DNA of 56,759 nucleotides, the filler included, from Dugesia japonica (taxonomy: Eukaryota), in assembly GCA_001938525.1 (NCBI GenBank). It is 5 parts of 5 records of this genome, joined end to end, with 100 filler letters (N's around TTAATTAATTAA, not from the genome) between each part and the next. Parts side by side here need not be neighbours in the genome. Positions count along the whole stretch, not along the records: positions 1 to 10,719 come from MQRL01496685.1; 4 more parts are not named here. One strand, 5' to 3'. Made by a program: the position numbers and the translations under genes. Every line of letters begins with the position of its first letter. The stretch's first letter is position 1. The notes below the pieces were generated by a model. It made no database searches, was not told the DNA's origin, and saw only the letters and a program-made list of their open reading frames with translations. Shown in pieces: positions 1 to 9,412 of this stretch.

Positions 1-188
1 CCCGGTTCAAGTTTTTCTTCTTTATCATTAATTTTAAATTTATTATTTTCCACAGTGACATTAAAAATGATATTTTAACATGCAAAACATAATAACCCTA
101 ATTCATACTCTGCATCTAGTTCTATAGGATATTTTAAATGCATTCTTAAATTATTTTCTCTATTAACTATTAAGAATTGGTTTGACAT
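1..188 (-). pseudogene. Minor capsid protein (penton) N-terminus, truncated by window edge, one in-frame stop
   Basis: Manual translation from ATG at 188: MSNQFLIVNRENNLRMHLKYPIELDAEYELGLLCFAC*NIIFNVTVENNKFKINDKEEKLEPG. PIELD-x-YELGL...NV...NNKF...PG is the typical Polinton penton start. TAA at 75-77. Absent from the ORF track. Confidence 0.72.
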
Positions 189-355
189 TATGCTTGTTGC
201 TATTTATTATAAATAAAAATTATGCTTGCGTAGCAAGCTTTATTAATTACCAGTATTTAGGATTTAAATGTGTCACTCCATTACGATAAACCGTTTTGGG
301 AATGACACATTTAGGATTTAATATTTACATCTAAAGCCTGCTACGCAGACTAATT

Positions 356-940
356 TTATATTCCAAGTTTCACTTTCATTTCATTAATAACTTTTCTTAA
401 ATCTTCATCATCATTTTTCTTATTTTTTACATGTTTATTATTTGAAATTATTTCATGAACTTCATTAACCATATTTTTACTAATTGCTAATTCTTCATCA
501 GTTAANNNNNNNNNNNNNNNNNNNNNNNNNNNNNNNNNNNNNNNNNNNNNNNNNACAGCTTCAAGTTTTTTAATTAATTTTTCATATCTTTCTTTTCTTG
601 ATTTTATTACTGATGAATTTATTGTCCCTATTACAGGCAGGACTGAAATTGCCCCTGTCAAAATAGGAATCCCGATTGTTACCAAAGGCACTCCAACTGG
701 GGCGATCAATATGACACCGGCAATTCCAATCCCTGCACTAACAATTATTTGTGTAATTTTAATACTTGAATCAATTCTATTCCATCTTCTATGAATTTTT
801 TTATAATGATTAATTTTATCTTTTATAAAGTAAAGGTCATTCTCAAAATCTTTTATTCTAGATAATGCTAATTTATTTTTTAAATCTAAAATTGTATAGT
901 TTTTACTTTCATCAATATTCGGATATAAATTCTCACCCAT
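356..940 (-). CDS. Adintovirus GasderminX-like membrane protein
   Basis: 194 aa with a central Gly/Ala-rich hydrophobic hairpin (IIVSAGIGIAGVILIAPVGVPLVTIGIPILTGAISV) between charged helices, and a C-terminal LTDEE motif. Layout matches the conserved Polinton/adintovirus membrane ORF. Contains an N gap. Confidence 0.6.
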   Translation of the reverse strand: MGENLYPNIDESKNYTILDLKNKLALSRIKDFENDLYFIKDKINHYKKIHRRWNRIDSSIKITQIIVSAGIGIAGVILIAPVGVPLVTIGIPILTGAISVLPVIGTINSSVIKSRKERYEKLIKKLEAXXXXXXXXXXXXXXXXXLTDEELAISKNMVNEVHEIISNNKHVKNKKNDDEDLRKVINEMKVKLGI

Positions 941-957
941 TTTATATAGGTGAAAAA

Positions 958-1800
958 TTAACTATATGGAGGTATTAATGAAATAATAATTTCATGAATG
1001 TAATTATCTTTAGGAATCTCTATTTCAACAGAATTTGAAAACTTTGATTTTTTAATTCTTTTGTTTTTTAAATGAATACTTGATGTTATAAAAATAAAAT
1101 GATTTCTACTTTCTATAACTCGAAGAGGAACAAGTTCTTGTTTATTAACAAATAGATTAATTGTGGGTTTATAGCTAGGATATTTTCCATAACCTGTAAT
1201 TGTAAACCATAAAACCATCTCAAAAGTTCCAGTTATAATAATTTTTAAGGCATCTTCAAGATACCAATATGAAATCCCATTTTTAATTTTAAAAACTCCA
1301 TTTAATCTTGAAAATTCAATATTAGTAATTCTTATTTCTTGATAATTTTTAAAAGAATAAGATGGAAGTTTTGGATGTTGACTTGAATAAGTAAGACCAA
1401 ATATCATATAGAATTTACTTTTATTAGGAATTACCTTTTCCATTTCCATATATGGAAAATAATTATAAATTATTTGTTTTATTTTATATTTAGTTTGTTC
1501 AGATTTATTTTTTTTAAATTCTTGAATTAAACTATTAATTTTATTAATATTTGATTGATGGAAATCTTTTTTTATTTTTTCAAATTCAACAAGTGTAGGA
1601 TTAATATTTTTCTCAAAGAATTTAATTTTTGTTTTAAGTTCTTCAATGAGGGATATGGAATTTTGAAAAGTTTTTTCATCTAAATTATCAGGTAAAACAT
1701 TGACTTTATTTAATATTAACTTAATTTCTTCATTAAAATTTTTATTATTTCCTACTTCATTTAATTTTAATAATAAATCACTTTTATTATATTTTGGGGA

Positions 1801-1858
<58 letters not shown>

Positions 1859-2355
1859 GTTATTGTCTCAGTAGGTTTATTAGATGTAAAACTATCAATC
1901 TTTAAAGAAAGTTTAGAAAATAATAATTCATGAGTTTTTATTTTATCTTCTAAATTTTTAACATAATTTAAATTAACTGGATCAGTAGGTTTATTAGATG
2001 TAAAACTATCAATCTTTAAAGAAAGTTTAGAAAATAATAATTCATGAGTTTTTATTTTATCTTCTAATTTTTCTTCCAACTTATTATATTTTAAATCTTT
2101 AGAATCATCTTTTATTTTTAGAGTTGTTTTTTCAATTTCATTAATTTTATCTTCTAAATTTTTAATATATTTTAAATTAACTGCATCTTTTAAATCTTTA
2201 GGATCATCTTTTATTTTTAGAGTTGTTATTGAATCTCCAGTTTCATTAACAAATTTATTTTCATTTTTCACATCTGAAATTTTAAATTTTGCATCAACTT
2301 TCTTTAATATTTCTTTTGAATTTATTTTTTTACTAGTTTGACCAAATTTATTCAT
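958..2355 (-). CDS. Putative fibre/spike-like virion protein (coiled-coil repeats, poly-Asn, beta-rich C-terminal domain)
   Basis: 465-aa ORF. Repeated DPKDLKDAVNLKYI / DPVNLNYV resembles the D-A-V-N-x-x-Y-V fibre neck motif. Internal duplication of LEDKIKTHELLFSKLSLKIDSFTSNKPT. AAT microsatellite encodes poly-N. Confidence 0.45.
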
Positions 2356-2374
2356 CTTTACTATTTATTAATTA

Positions 2375-2821
2375 CTAATATTTAGATGCCACATTAACAT
2401 CTAATTTATCATACAAATTTTTCATCTCATTTATTATTTCCTCGAAATTATTATCTCGAATCTTGTATAAAAAATAAATGCATAAAATACCACAAATATT
2501 TGTACCAAAATGTTGAACTTGAATTTCATTATATTTCCTGGTATATTTAGCTATATTTTCCAAAGGTTTTAATCCAAAAGAATCAAAATAATATCCACTA
2601 CTATAGCATGTCCAATGTGTTCCTTTTTGATTTGAATTTTGATAATTAAAAATATAATAGGAAGGCTTGTCTTCCTTTTTTGATTCCATCAAATTAGGAA
2701 CCTCATTCTTCATATAAATTTCTAGATCCAAATTTAAAAAATCTGCTATTGAATATAAATCAAAATTTGTAGTTGTATTAATTCCAAATGTTTTTAAGAA
2801 ATCTAATAAATTATAATCCAT
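2375..2821 (-). CDS. Adenain/Ulp1-like cysteine maturation protease
   Basis: Catalytic His (GTHWT), Asp (YFDSFG), oxyanion Gln (QVQ) and Cys (ICG) in the order and spacing of Polinton proteases. Confidence 0.92.
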   Translation of the reverse strand: MDYNLLDFLKTFGINTTTNFDLYSIADFLNLDLEIYMKNEVPNLMESKKEDKPSYYIFNYQNSNQKGTHWTCYSSGYYFDSFGLKPLENIAKYTRKYNEIQVQHFGTNICGILCIYFLYKIRDNNFEEIINEMKNLYDKLDVNVASKY

Positions 2822-2871
2822 TTTATTTAAGATTTAATTTCCATCACGATTAATCGTATTGGAAATTTTAT

Positions 2872-2946
2872 TATAATAAATAGCATAATAAAGTAAGGAT
2901 AATAGCATAGTAAAGTAAGGATAATAGCATAGTAAAGTAAGGATAA
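2872..2946 (+). repeat. Tandem 22-bp repeat (ATAATAGCATAGTAAAGTAAGG) x~3.3 ending at an ATG
   Basis: Directly visible; the last unit runs into ATG 2946. Confidence 0.9.
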
Positions 2947-3233
2947 TGGAGAATCTTATTAGTTATTTAAATGAAGCTGTAATGGAAATATTATCACTCC
3001 CCCAAAGTGATGATGATTTTTTTTTTAAATATTTAAAGAATAATTTAATCAGTGCAATAAGACTTATTAGTCAAATGAAAATTACAATTAATCATAAAAA
3101 TAATTCTGGATCAGTATTTATAAATGAAGATAAAATTAAAATAAGTAAAAATGAAAATAAAATTAAAATAATAAGTAAAAATAAAAAACGTAAAAATAAA
3201 ATAAATTTTGGATCAATATTTGAAAATGAATAA
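2946..3233 (+). CDS. Viral hypothetical protein, paralogue of the N-terminus of ORF 5625
   Basis: 95-aa ORF. ENLISYLNEAVMEI...FFKYLKNNL aligns ungapped with ENLINNLHDAIMEI...FFRNLQYNL. Confidence 0.6.
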   Translation: MENLISYLNEAVMEILSLPQSDDDFFFKYLKNNLISAIRLISQMKITINHKNNSGSVFINEDKIKISKNENKIKIISKNKKRKNKINFGSIFENE

Positions 3234-3291
3234 TTGTTCCCGCACACCGGCGTCTCGGAACAAAAGTATAATTAAATTATTTCTATAGAAA

Positions 3292-3906
3292 ATGGAAGTA
3301 ATAATGGACATGTTAAAAAAAATAAAACAAATGTTAAAAACGAAAAAATATGATAAAATAAAAATGAATGAATTAACTAAAGAAGTTAAAATTATACTTC
3401 AAATAATTGAAGAACTTAATCAAAATAATAATATGGCCAATCAAAATAATAATATGGCCAATCAAAATAATAATATGGCCAATCAAAATAATAATATGGC
3501 CAGTCAAAATAATATGGCCAGTCAAAATAATAATATGGCCAGTCAAAATACCCCAGTTACTGAAAGTATAATTCGTGAAGGTGTATTATTATCTGAATCC
3601 GAATCTGAAATTAGTTATTATGAGTCAGATTCAGATTTAGATTTAAATTTACCAAATGTACCCGCTACACCACTTGATATTGTAAAAAAACCAAGAATAG
3701 CTATTAAAGATAAAGATAATATACAATTATTAAGAAATAACTTTGAATATATTCATATTGAAAATTCATCCGTTCCTCAAATTGAAGAACCAAAATTTAA
3801 AATACCACATAAACTTACTTTAATGGATTTACCATTAGAACCATGTAAGAATGAGATGACTACACGAAAAACTTTTATTAAATCGGGAAAAATAAGAAGA
3901 ACATAA
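3292..3906 (+). CDS. Viral hypothetical protein with (NQNNNMA)n repeats
   Basis: 204-aa ORF preceded by TTCTATAGAAAATG; 21-bp coding tandem repeat at ~3418-3550. Confidence 0.7.
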   Translation: MEVIMDMLKKIKQMLKTKKYDKIKMNELTKEVKIILQIIEELNQNNNMANQNNNMANQNNNMANQNNNMASQNNMASQNNNMASQNTPVTESIIREGVLLSESESEISYYESDSDLDLNLPNVPATPLDIVKKPRIAIKDKDNIQLLRNNFEYIHIENSSVPQIEEPKFKIPHKLTLMDLPLEPCKNEMTTRKTFIKSGKIRRT

Positions 3907-3909
3907 GAA

Positions 3910-4767
3910 GTGGATAATGAAGATCAAGTGTCATTACAAGCAACTCAACAATCATTTAAATGGGAATTAATTCAATCATTTAGTGCTAATAGATGTGGTG
4001 GTGTTACTAATGAAAAATTAAAAATAGAAAATTATAGAGAACATTGTGCTTTTTACTTAACTCAAGATGAATGGTGTTTAATGATGCAATATAAAGAATG
4101 GGCAGCCCAATTGGCCAAATGTAAACAGGGTACATTAATTTCATATGCCCAATTGGGATCAATTTTCTATGCATTGAAACTAAAATTTTTTAATTTGACA
4201 AATAAGAGATTTAATAGTGAAGCATTTTTGAATTTCATAGCAGGATTTAAAATCCACCACTCGATGAGCTATATAAATAGATTAATTAGATTTGCTCGAA
4301 TGGTGGAAAGATGGCCCGCACTTGTTAGATCTAGTTTTACATTTAAAAAAATTCAAGAACATTTTGCAGAAATTGAAGATATAATAGGAGATCATATGGA
4401 TGATGAAAACTTTCAATCTCTTGGTCAGTTGAAAAATGAATTTAAGAATTCAGATCCAAAGGTAATAAAATGGATTGAAGATAATAAAATTACAGATCAA
4501 AGAAATAGACATGTAGAAGATGAATATGATGATGATATTTATTTAGGTACTCCAGATGTGGTTACAGAAAGAGAATCTGAAACTAAAATTGAAGATGATG
4601 ATGAAAGTAATGATGATGATAAAGATAAAGATAAAAATAAAAGTAATGATGAAAGTAATGATGAAAGTAATGATAAAAGTAATGATGAAACAGAAACTGA
4701 TTCTGGATCAGAAATTGAAGATACAACAACTCCATTTACAGATGAACAATTAACATTATTTGATTAA
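3910..4767 (+). CDS. Viral hypothetical protein (helical domain plus acidic tail)
   Basis: 285-codon open frame (GTG at 3910; first ATG at 4081). Complex non-repetitive core (SYINRLIRFARMVERWPAL) and Asp/Glu-rich tail. Confidence 0.7.
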   Translation: MDNEDQVSLQATQQSFKWELIQSFSANRCGGVTNEKLKIENYREHCAFYLTQDEWCLMMQYKEWAAQLAKCKQGTLISYAQLGSIFYALKLKFFNLTNKRFNSEAFLNFIAGFKIHHSMSYINRLIRFARMVERWPALVRSSFTFKKIQEHFAEIEDIIGDHMDDENFQSLGQLKNEFKNSDPKVIKWIEDNKITDQRNRHVEDEYDDDIYLGTPDVVTERESETKIEDDDESNDDDKDKDKNKSNDESNDESNDKSNDETETDSGSEIEDTTTPFTDEQLTLFD

Positions 4768-4808
4768 TTATTTAGCCATTTAATTTTAAAGTTTAATTTT
4801 ACATTAGT

Positions 4809-5561
4809 TTAGAATAAGTCATCAAGTAATTCATCTGATTCTTTATTTAAAAAAAAGTAATTATACTTTGTCTTCCAGTGAAGATTAACTTCATGATCAT
4901 ACTCTAACTTATTATTAAAAATATTTGAAAATAATTCATGATAAACGTTATCTCTATCGGTTTTATTTAATTTAAAAAATATGTAACAATTAGAATTATT
5001 TCTGATAGAGTTTTTATCCAGATGATAATAAGTTTGAGAAATATAAATCACATTACAATTTGAATGACGTCCACGGGTAAAATAACTTTTTTGTATCTCT
5101 TGATTTTTCTCATTAACAACGTCATCAAAAATAATTAAATTTTTCTTATCTTTAGAAAGTCTATCACAAGGAATAATTTCATTTGGTTTATTACTTAAAG
5201 TAACATTTATGGATCTTGATTTTTTAGTTATCATTTTTTTAGAAATATAAAAATCATAAACTTGATATGGAGTTAAGCAAGATTCAGGAACTAGATTTTG
5301 ATTTCGAAACATTGATGTTATTTCTTGTTTAGATAAACCATTTTCAAAACCAATATAAAGTAATTGAATTTCAAATTGATTTATCGTTGTAGAGTAAATA
5401 ATTAAATTATCATAATCTAGGAAATCGGGTGTTAGGAGCATTTTCATTAATAGTACATTTTTACCACAACCTGATGACCCTATAATTAATAATCTAAAAT
5501 TATTTGGAAGTATTTTATTATTAAATTTTGTTAAATTTTTAGTCCATATTAATTCAGTCAT
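4809..5561 (-). CDS. A32/FtsK-HerA family genome-packaging ATPase
   Basis: Walker A IIGSSGCGKN, Walker B LIIFDD, TRGRH arginine finger, ISQ sensor and IRNN motif. Confidence 0.93.
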   Translation of the reverse strand: MTELIWTKNLTKFNNKILPNNFRLLIIGSSGCGKNVLLMKMLLTPDFLDYDNLIIYSTTINQFEIQLLYIGFENGLSKQEITSMFRNQNLVPESCLTPYQVYDFYISKKMITKKSRSINVTLSNKPNEIIPCDRLSKDKKNLIIFDDVVNEKNQEIQKSYFTRGRHSNCNVIYISQTYYHLDKNSIRNNSNCYIFFKLNKTDRDNVYHELFSNIFNNKLEYDHEVNLHWKTKYNYFFLNKESDELLDDLF

Positions 5562-5624
5562 TATGTCACTATACTATTTATTATAATAATAATATTAACA
5601 TGTTTAAAATTTAATTATAGAAAA

Positions 5625-6258
5625 ATGCCAGGATTATTTAAAATAGAAAATCTTATTAATAATTTACATGATGCTATTATGGAAATAAAATTAAATATAA
5701 TAAGTAGTGATAGAGAATTTTTTAGAAATTTACAATATAATTTAGAAGACACATTACAAATTATGAAGTATATATCAGAAAATAAATGTGAATCAGAAAT
5801 TGCTATTAAGCATTTTAAGAATCTAGATATATATGGAAATGAAATTGAACCTGAAAAAATAAAATCTGAACCTGAAATTGAATCTGAACCTGAAATTGAA
5901 TCTGAAATTAAATCTGAAATTAAATCTGAAAAAATAAAATCTAAATCTGAATCTGAATCTGAATCTGAAATTGAATTTAAAAAAGTGTTTGAAAATATAA
6001 GTTCCAAAGTTGAAAAAATAAAATCTGAAAATATAAGTTCCAAAAATGAAAAAATAAAATCTGAACCTGAAATTGAATCTGAAAAAATAAAATCTGAATC
6101 TGAATCTGAATCTGAATCTGAATCTGATCTGAATCTAAATCTGAATCTGAATTTGAATCTGAATATGAAATTAAAAAAATAAAACCATTAACAGAATTGG
6201 GTAAAAAATTAATTCAAAGAGGAAAAATAAATAAGAAAGTGATGATAAAATTTTAGCA
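5625..6258 (+). CDS. Viral hypothetical protein with ESE/KIKSE low-complexity region; probable 1-nt frameshift near 6127
   Basis: The GAATCT hexamer run loses one A at ~6127, giving NLNLNL. Restoring it reads ...SESEFESEYEIKKIKPLTELGKKLIQRGKINKKVMIKF*. Preceded by TTATAGAAAAATG. Confidence 0.6.
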
Positions 6259-6318
6259 TCTTATGAATCAAAACAATTAACGAAGAATGTATTAAAAGTG
6301 AGTCATCCATGACCTATA

Positions 6319-7197
6319 TTAATAATTAGTTTTCTGTAATTCATTAGAATAAAGTCTTCCAATAATTTCTTCACCACTTAAATGACTGACTTGGTATGTG
6401 TATGGTTTTGTTTTATAAATTTTTGTAAGAATATAAATTCTCTTTGACCATTTTAAAGTATAACTCTTTGGAAATGTTTTCTTGATAATAAAAATTCTTA
6501 CTCGATCTCCAATCTTAAATTTTGGTTTTTCCTTTAAATCATAATTTTCAGTCATATTTTTTTCATTCTGAATCCGGATAATTTCTGGATTTTTTGTTGC
6601 CGCCTGGGGTGTTTCTTTTATTGATGAATGGATGGTATTGTTGTAATCATTTACAATTTCTTTTAATAGTTCAGATGTAATATCTTGATTTCCAACGGCA
6701 GTAAAATGTTTAAAGAGTCTATTTTTAAGGGTACGGTTAAATCTTTCAATAACTACTGCTTTACCTTCATTTTCTGTTGAATATAAATTTATTTGATTTT
6801 CATCACAAAAAGATTTAAAATGTTTATTATAAAATTCAGTTCCCTTATCTACCCATAAATTATTTGGAACTCTATGAGTATCATTTAAACTTTTACGAAA
6901 TGCATTTGTTACATTTACTCCAGTTTTCTTTTTAAAATTCTCAATAAAAGCATAACGAGTATAAAGATCAATTACTGTTAATATTACCCATTTATTTTTT
7001 CTTTCAATTCCATGGAAAATTAAATCAGCTGACCAAATATCATCTTTATTATGAACTACTACTTTTAGAAAATGTTTTGGTTTTCTATATTCATGATGTA
7101 ATTCATTAACAAGATTTTTATTATTATTGGGAACTGTATTATTATTATTGTTGGGATCAAATGAGGGGACTTCGTCCCCAGATTCATTAACAGTATC
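6319..7197 (-). CDS. Polinton-type retroviral-like (rve, DDE) integrase; C-terminal part of a PLA2-integrase fusion
   Basis: Uninterrupted 292-codon frame: ELHHEYRKPKHFLKVVVHNKDDIWSADL...VIDLYTRYA...LWVDKGTEFYN...KAVVIERFNRTLK...YNNTIHSSIKETP...FKIGDRVRI. D-D-E triad intact. No Met until 6555, so the ORF track shows only the last 78 aa. Confidence 0.93.
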   Translation of the reverse strand, partial: DTVNESGDEVPSFDPNNNNNTVPNNNKNLVNELHHEYRKPKHFLKVVVHNKDDIWSADLIFHGIERKNKWVILTVIDLYTRYAFIENFKKKTGVNVTNAFRKSLNDTHRVPNNLWVDKGTEFYNKHFKSFCDENQINLYSTENEGKAVVIERFNRTLKNRLFKHFTAVGNQDITSELLKEIVNDYNNTIHSSIKETPQAATKNPEIIRIQNEKNMTENYDLKEKPKFKIGDRVRIFIIKKTFPKSYTLKWSKRIYILTKIYKTKPYTYQVSHLSGEEIIGRLYSNELQKTNY

Positions 7198-7738
7198 CTA
7201 TTAATAACACTCTTTCTAATAGATTGTCCAATTATTATTTTACCTTTCATTGCTAATTTTACAAGAGCTCTTTGTATTTTTCACTGATAGTTGGATTAGG
7301 AATATTATTTAAATCATGAATCAAATTTACATCAGCAATATGACGATCGCGTATATCGTTAGATGAATAAGCAATGTCATGTTGCAATGCTGCAGCATCA
7401 ACTTGATTAATTGGTTCTTCTCCAGGTTTTGGATTATTATTTTCATCAAGTCTCAAATCTAATCTAGTTCCTGGTCCAGTGTAATTATGTTTAAATAAAT
7501 GTCTTTCACCTGGATATTTTTCTGTAGTAAATGGTTTTAATAATGTTGATGTTAACTTACTAGATTGAAGATCTCCTCCTTTATGAGGGCCTCCTTTATG
7601 GGTTTTAGGATATGGTTTCTGTTTCACATTATTTAAACATAAATCTAAATGTCTCGATCTATTTTTCATCTTTATAATTTTACCACAATTATCGCACATG
7701 TATTTTTTGTACTTGGGTACACCTGAAGGATGTGCCAT
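7198..7738 (-). CDS. C2HC zinc-finger-like motif + parvovirus-VP1-type phospholipase A2 domain
   Basis: CDNC-x11-H-x3-C, Ca-binding loop HNYTGPG and catalytic DAAALQHDIAY...AD. After a 1-nt shift at ~7271 it continues RALVKLAMKGKIIIG, the usual tail of this PLA2 family. Confidence 0.88.
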
Positions 7739-7927
7739 TTATTAATTGTTAAATTTAATATAAGGATAAAAATTTTACATTTGACATTTTATAATAAATA
7801 ATTGGTCCACGTAGTGGGTCTTTTGGGTCCCTTTGGGGTTAAAGTTTAATTTTACATTTTAATTTTAAATATTAACATTTGACATTTGGGTAAAACATAG
7901 CTTGCTTCGCAATCTTTTATTTATTTC

Positions 7928-9238
7928 TTATTTAATATAAACTCCCTTTAAATTATCAATCATAACAATTCTACCATTTGATAATCTCATTTCAACATGT
8001 TTCTCTTCAAGAATGCACCAATATAAACTTCCTTGGAATTGGGGATCTTTTGTAATATTTAAAGTTACATCAACATTATTAACTGATAATTTTTCATCTT
8101 GTGCACTGACATCAAAACAAAACATTGGATATAAATTTTTAAAATCCATTAATGATACTTGAGGTTCACATAAAAATTCTCTACAACAATTGACATAATT
8201 CATATAAGGGAAAATCATTTCATTATTAACCAAATTAAATTTACATTCATTAGCAGGATAATTTGTATTATTTAATGTTAACTGAATACTGTTAATATAA
8301 TGATAAGTTGTAACTTTTTCTTTTTTATCATTTTCTTTAGTTATGCTAGATCTTTGTATAAATAAATTATTATTCTTTTCAAATGAACTATCAGTTTCTT
8401 TTATGCAAATAAAAATATATCTTGGTCTATATGGTAAACTTGTTAATTTTATTGCACATCTTCCTCCTTGTGGTAAATNNNNNNNNNNNNNNNNNNNNNN
8501 NNNNNNNNNNNNNNNNNNNNNNNNNNNNNNNNNNNNNNNNNNNNNNNNNNNNNNNNNNNNNNNNNNNNNNNNNNNNNNNNNNNNNNNNNNNNNNNNNNNN
8601 NNNNNNNNNNNNNNNNNNNNNNNNNNNNNNNNNNNNNNNNNNNNNNNNNNNNNNNNNNNNNNNNNNCGATTACATTTTAATTCAATCATTGTATTGTATA
8701 CTACTCTATTATAATTTTGTAAAAATCCAAATAAATTTCTTAATGGGAAGTAACCTTCGAATTTTTTACTTTCATAAAGTTTTCTTCGATTATAATAACC
8801 AAGATTACAGTCCCAAGATGTTACATCAGTATTTCCTTTATTAACATCGGGTAACCATCCAGATAATTGTCCATATTCTTTTTTCCATGTTTCNNNNNNN
8901 NNNNNNNNNNNNNNNNNNNNNNAAATTGTTCCTGGTTCATAAATAGTTTCCACATCTGATGACCCTAATTTTAATGTAATATTTTTGAATAAATTTGGGA
9001 AAAAATTATTTTCTAAGGTGATTTTTGCTGGATCTGAGGGGGTGATTTCAATTGTAAAATATAACATCGAATTACAGATATCCAGTGCATTTGATGATTG
9101 CAGGGATTGGAAAATAATATCTCCCGATGTCATTAAATGATTAATCGATCCTGATGAGGGTGAAATTTTAAGGATATCATTTTTTACTAATGGATGTGTA
9201 AATTCAATATTATTATCTAACTCAATCTTTGATCCCAT
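7928..9238 (-). CDS. Double-jelly-roll major capsid protein (hexon-like)
   Basis: ~436 aa with N gaps. Motifs LENNFFPNLFKNITLKLG, PLRNLFGF, RPRYIFI, LNNTNYP and FKNLYPMFCFDVSAQ are typical of Polinton MCPs. Confidence 0.85.
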   Translation of the reverse strand: MGSKIELDNNIEFTHPLVKNDILKISPSSGSINHLMTSGDIIFQSLQSSNALDICNSMLYFTIEITPSDPAKITLENNFFPNLFKNITLKLGSSDVETIYEPGTIXXXXXXXXXXETWKKEYGQLSGWLPDVNKGNTDVTSWDCNLGYYNRRKLYESKKFEGYFPLRNLFGFLQNYNRVVYNTMIELKCNXXXXXXXXXXXXXXXXXXXXXXXXXXXXXXXXXXXXXXXXXXXXXXXXXXXXXXXXXXXXXXXXLPQGGRCAIKLTSLPYRPRYIFICIKETDSSFEKNNNLFIQRSSITKENDKKEKVTTYHYINSIQLTLNNTNYPANECKFNLVNNEMIFPYMNYVNCCREFLCEPQVSLMDFKNLYPMFCFDVSAQDEKLSVNNVDVTLNITKDPQFQGSLYWCILEEKHVEMRLSNGRIVMIDNLKGVYIK

Positions 9239-9273
9239 TTTCTATAGATAAAATTTAGAACTGAAATTATTAT

Positions 9274-9412
9274 CGTTACTGTATCCTTACCATTACTTTA
9301 CCATTACTTTACCATTACTTTACCATTACCTTACCTTACCTTACGTTACCTTAACCTTACCTTAACCTTACTGTAACCTTACTGTAACCTTACCATAACC
9401 TTACCTTACTGT
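9274..9412 (-). repeat. Degenerate (TTACC/TTACT)-based tandem array upstream of the MCP gene
   Basis: TTTACCATTAC x3, then CTTAC / ACCTTA / CTTACTGTAAC units. Confidence 0.85.

Noticed and set aside
1700-1933. Poly-Leu ORF, and similar shadow ORFs (4556-4753, 5615-6043, 9473-9685, 9740-9958, 12425-12670, 31668-31950)
   Set aside because: Antisense or alternate-frame products of microsatellites, low-complexity coding DNA or N gaps.
7198-7243. 46-nt GT...AG intron joining PLA2 to integrase
   Set aside because: Host-sized, but removal gives GGA TAC TGT TAA (stop). The other GT/AG pairs tried also give the wrong frame.
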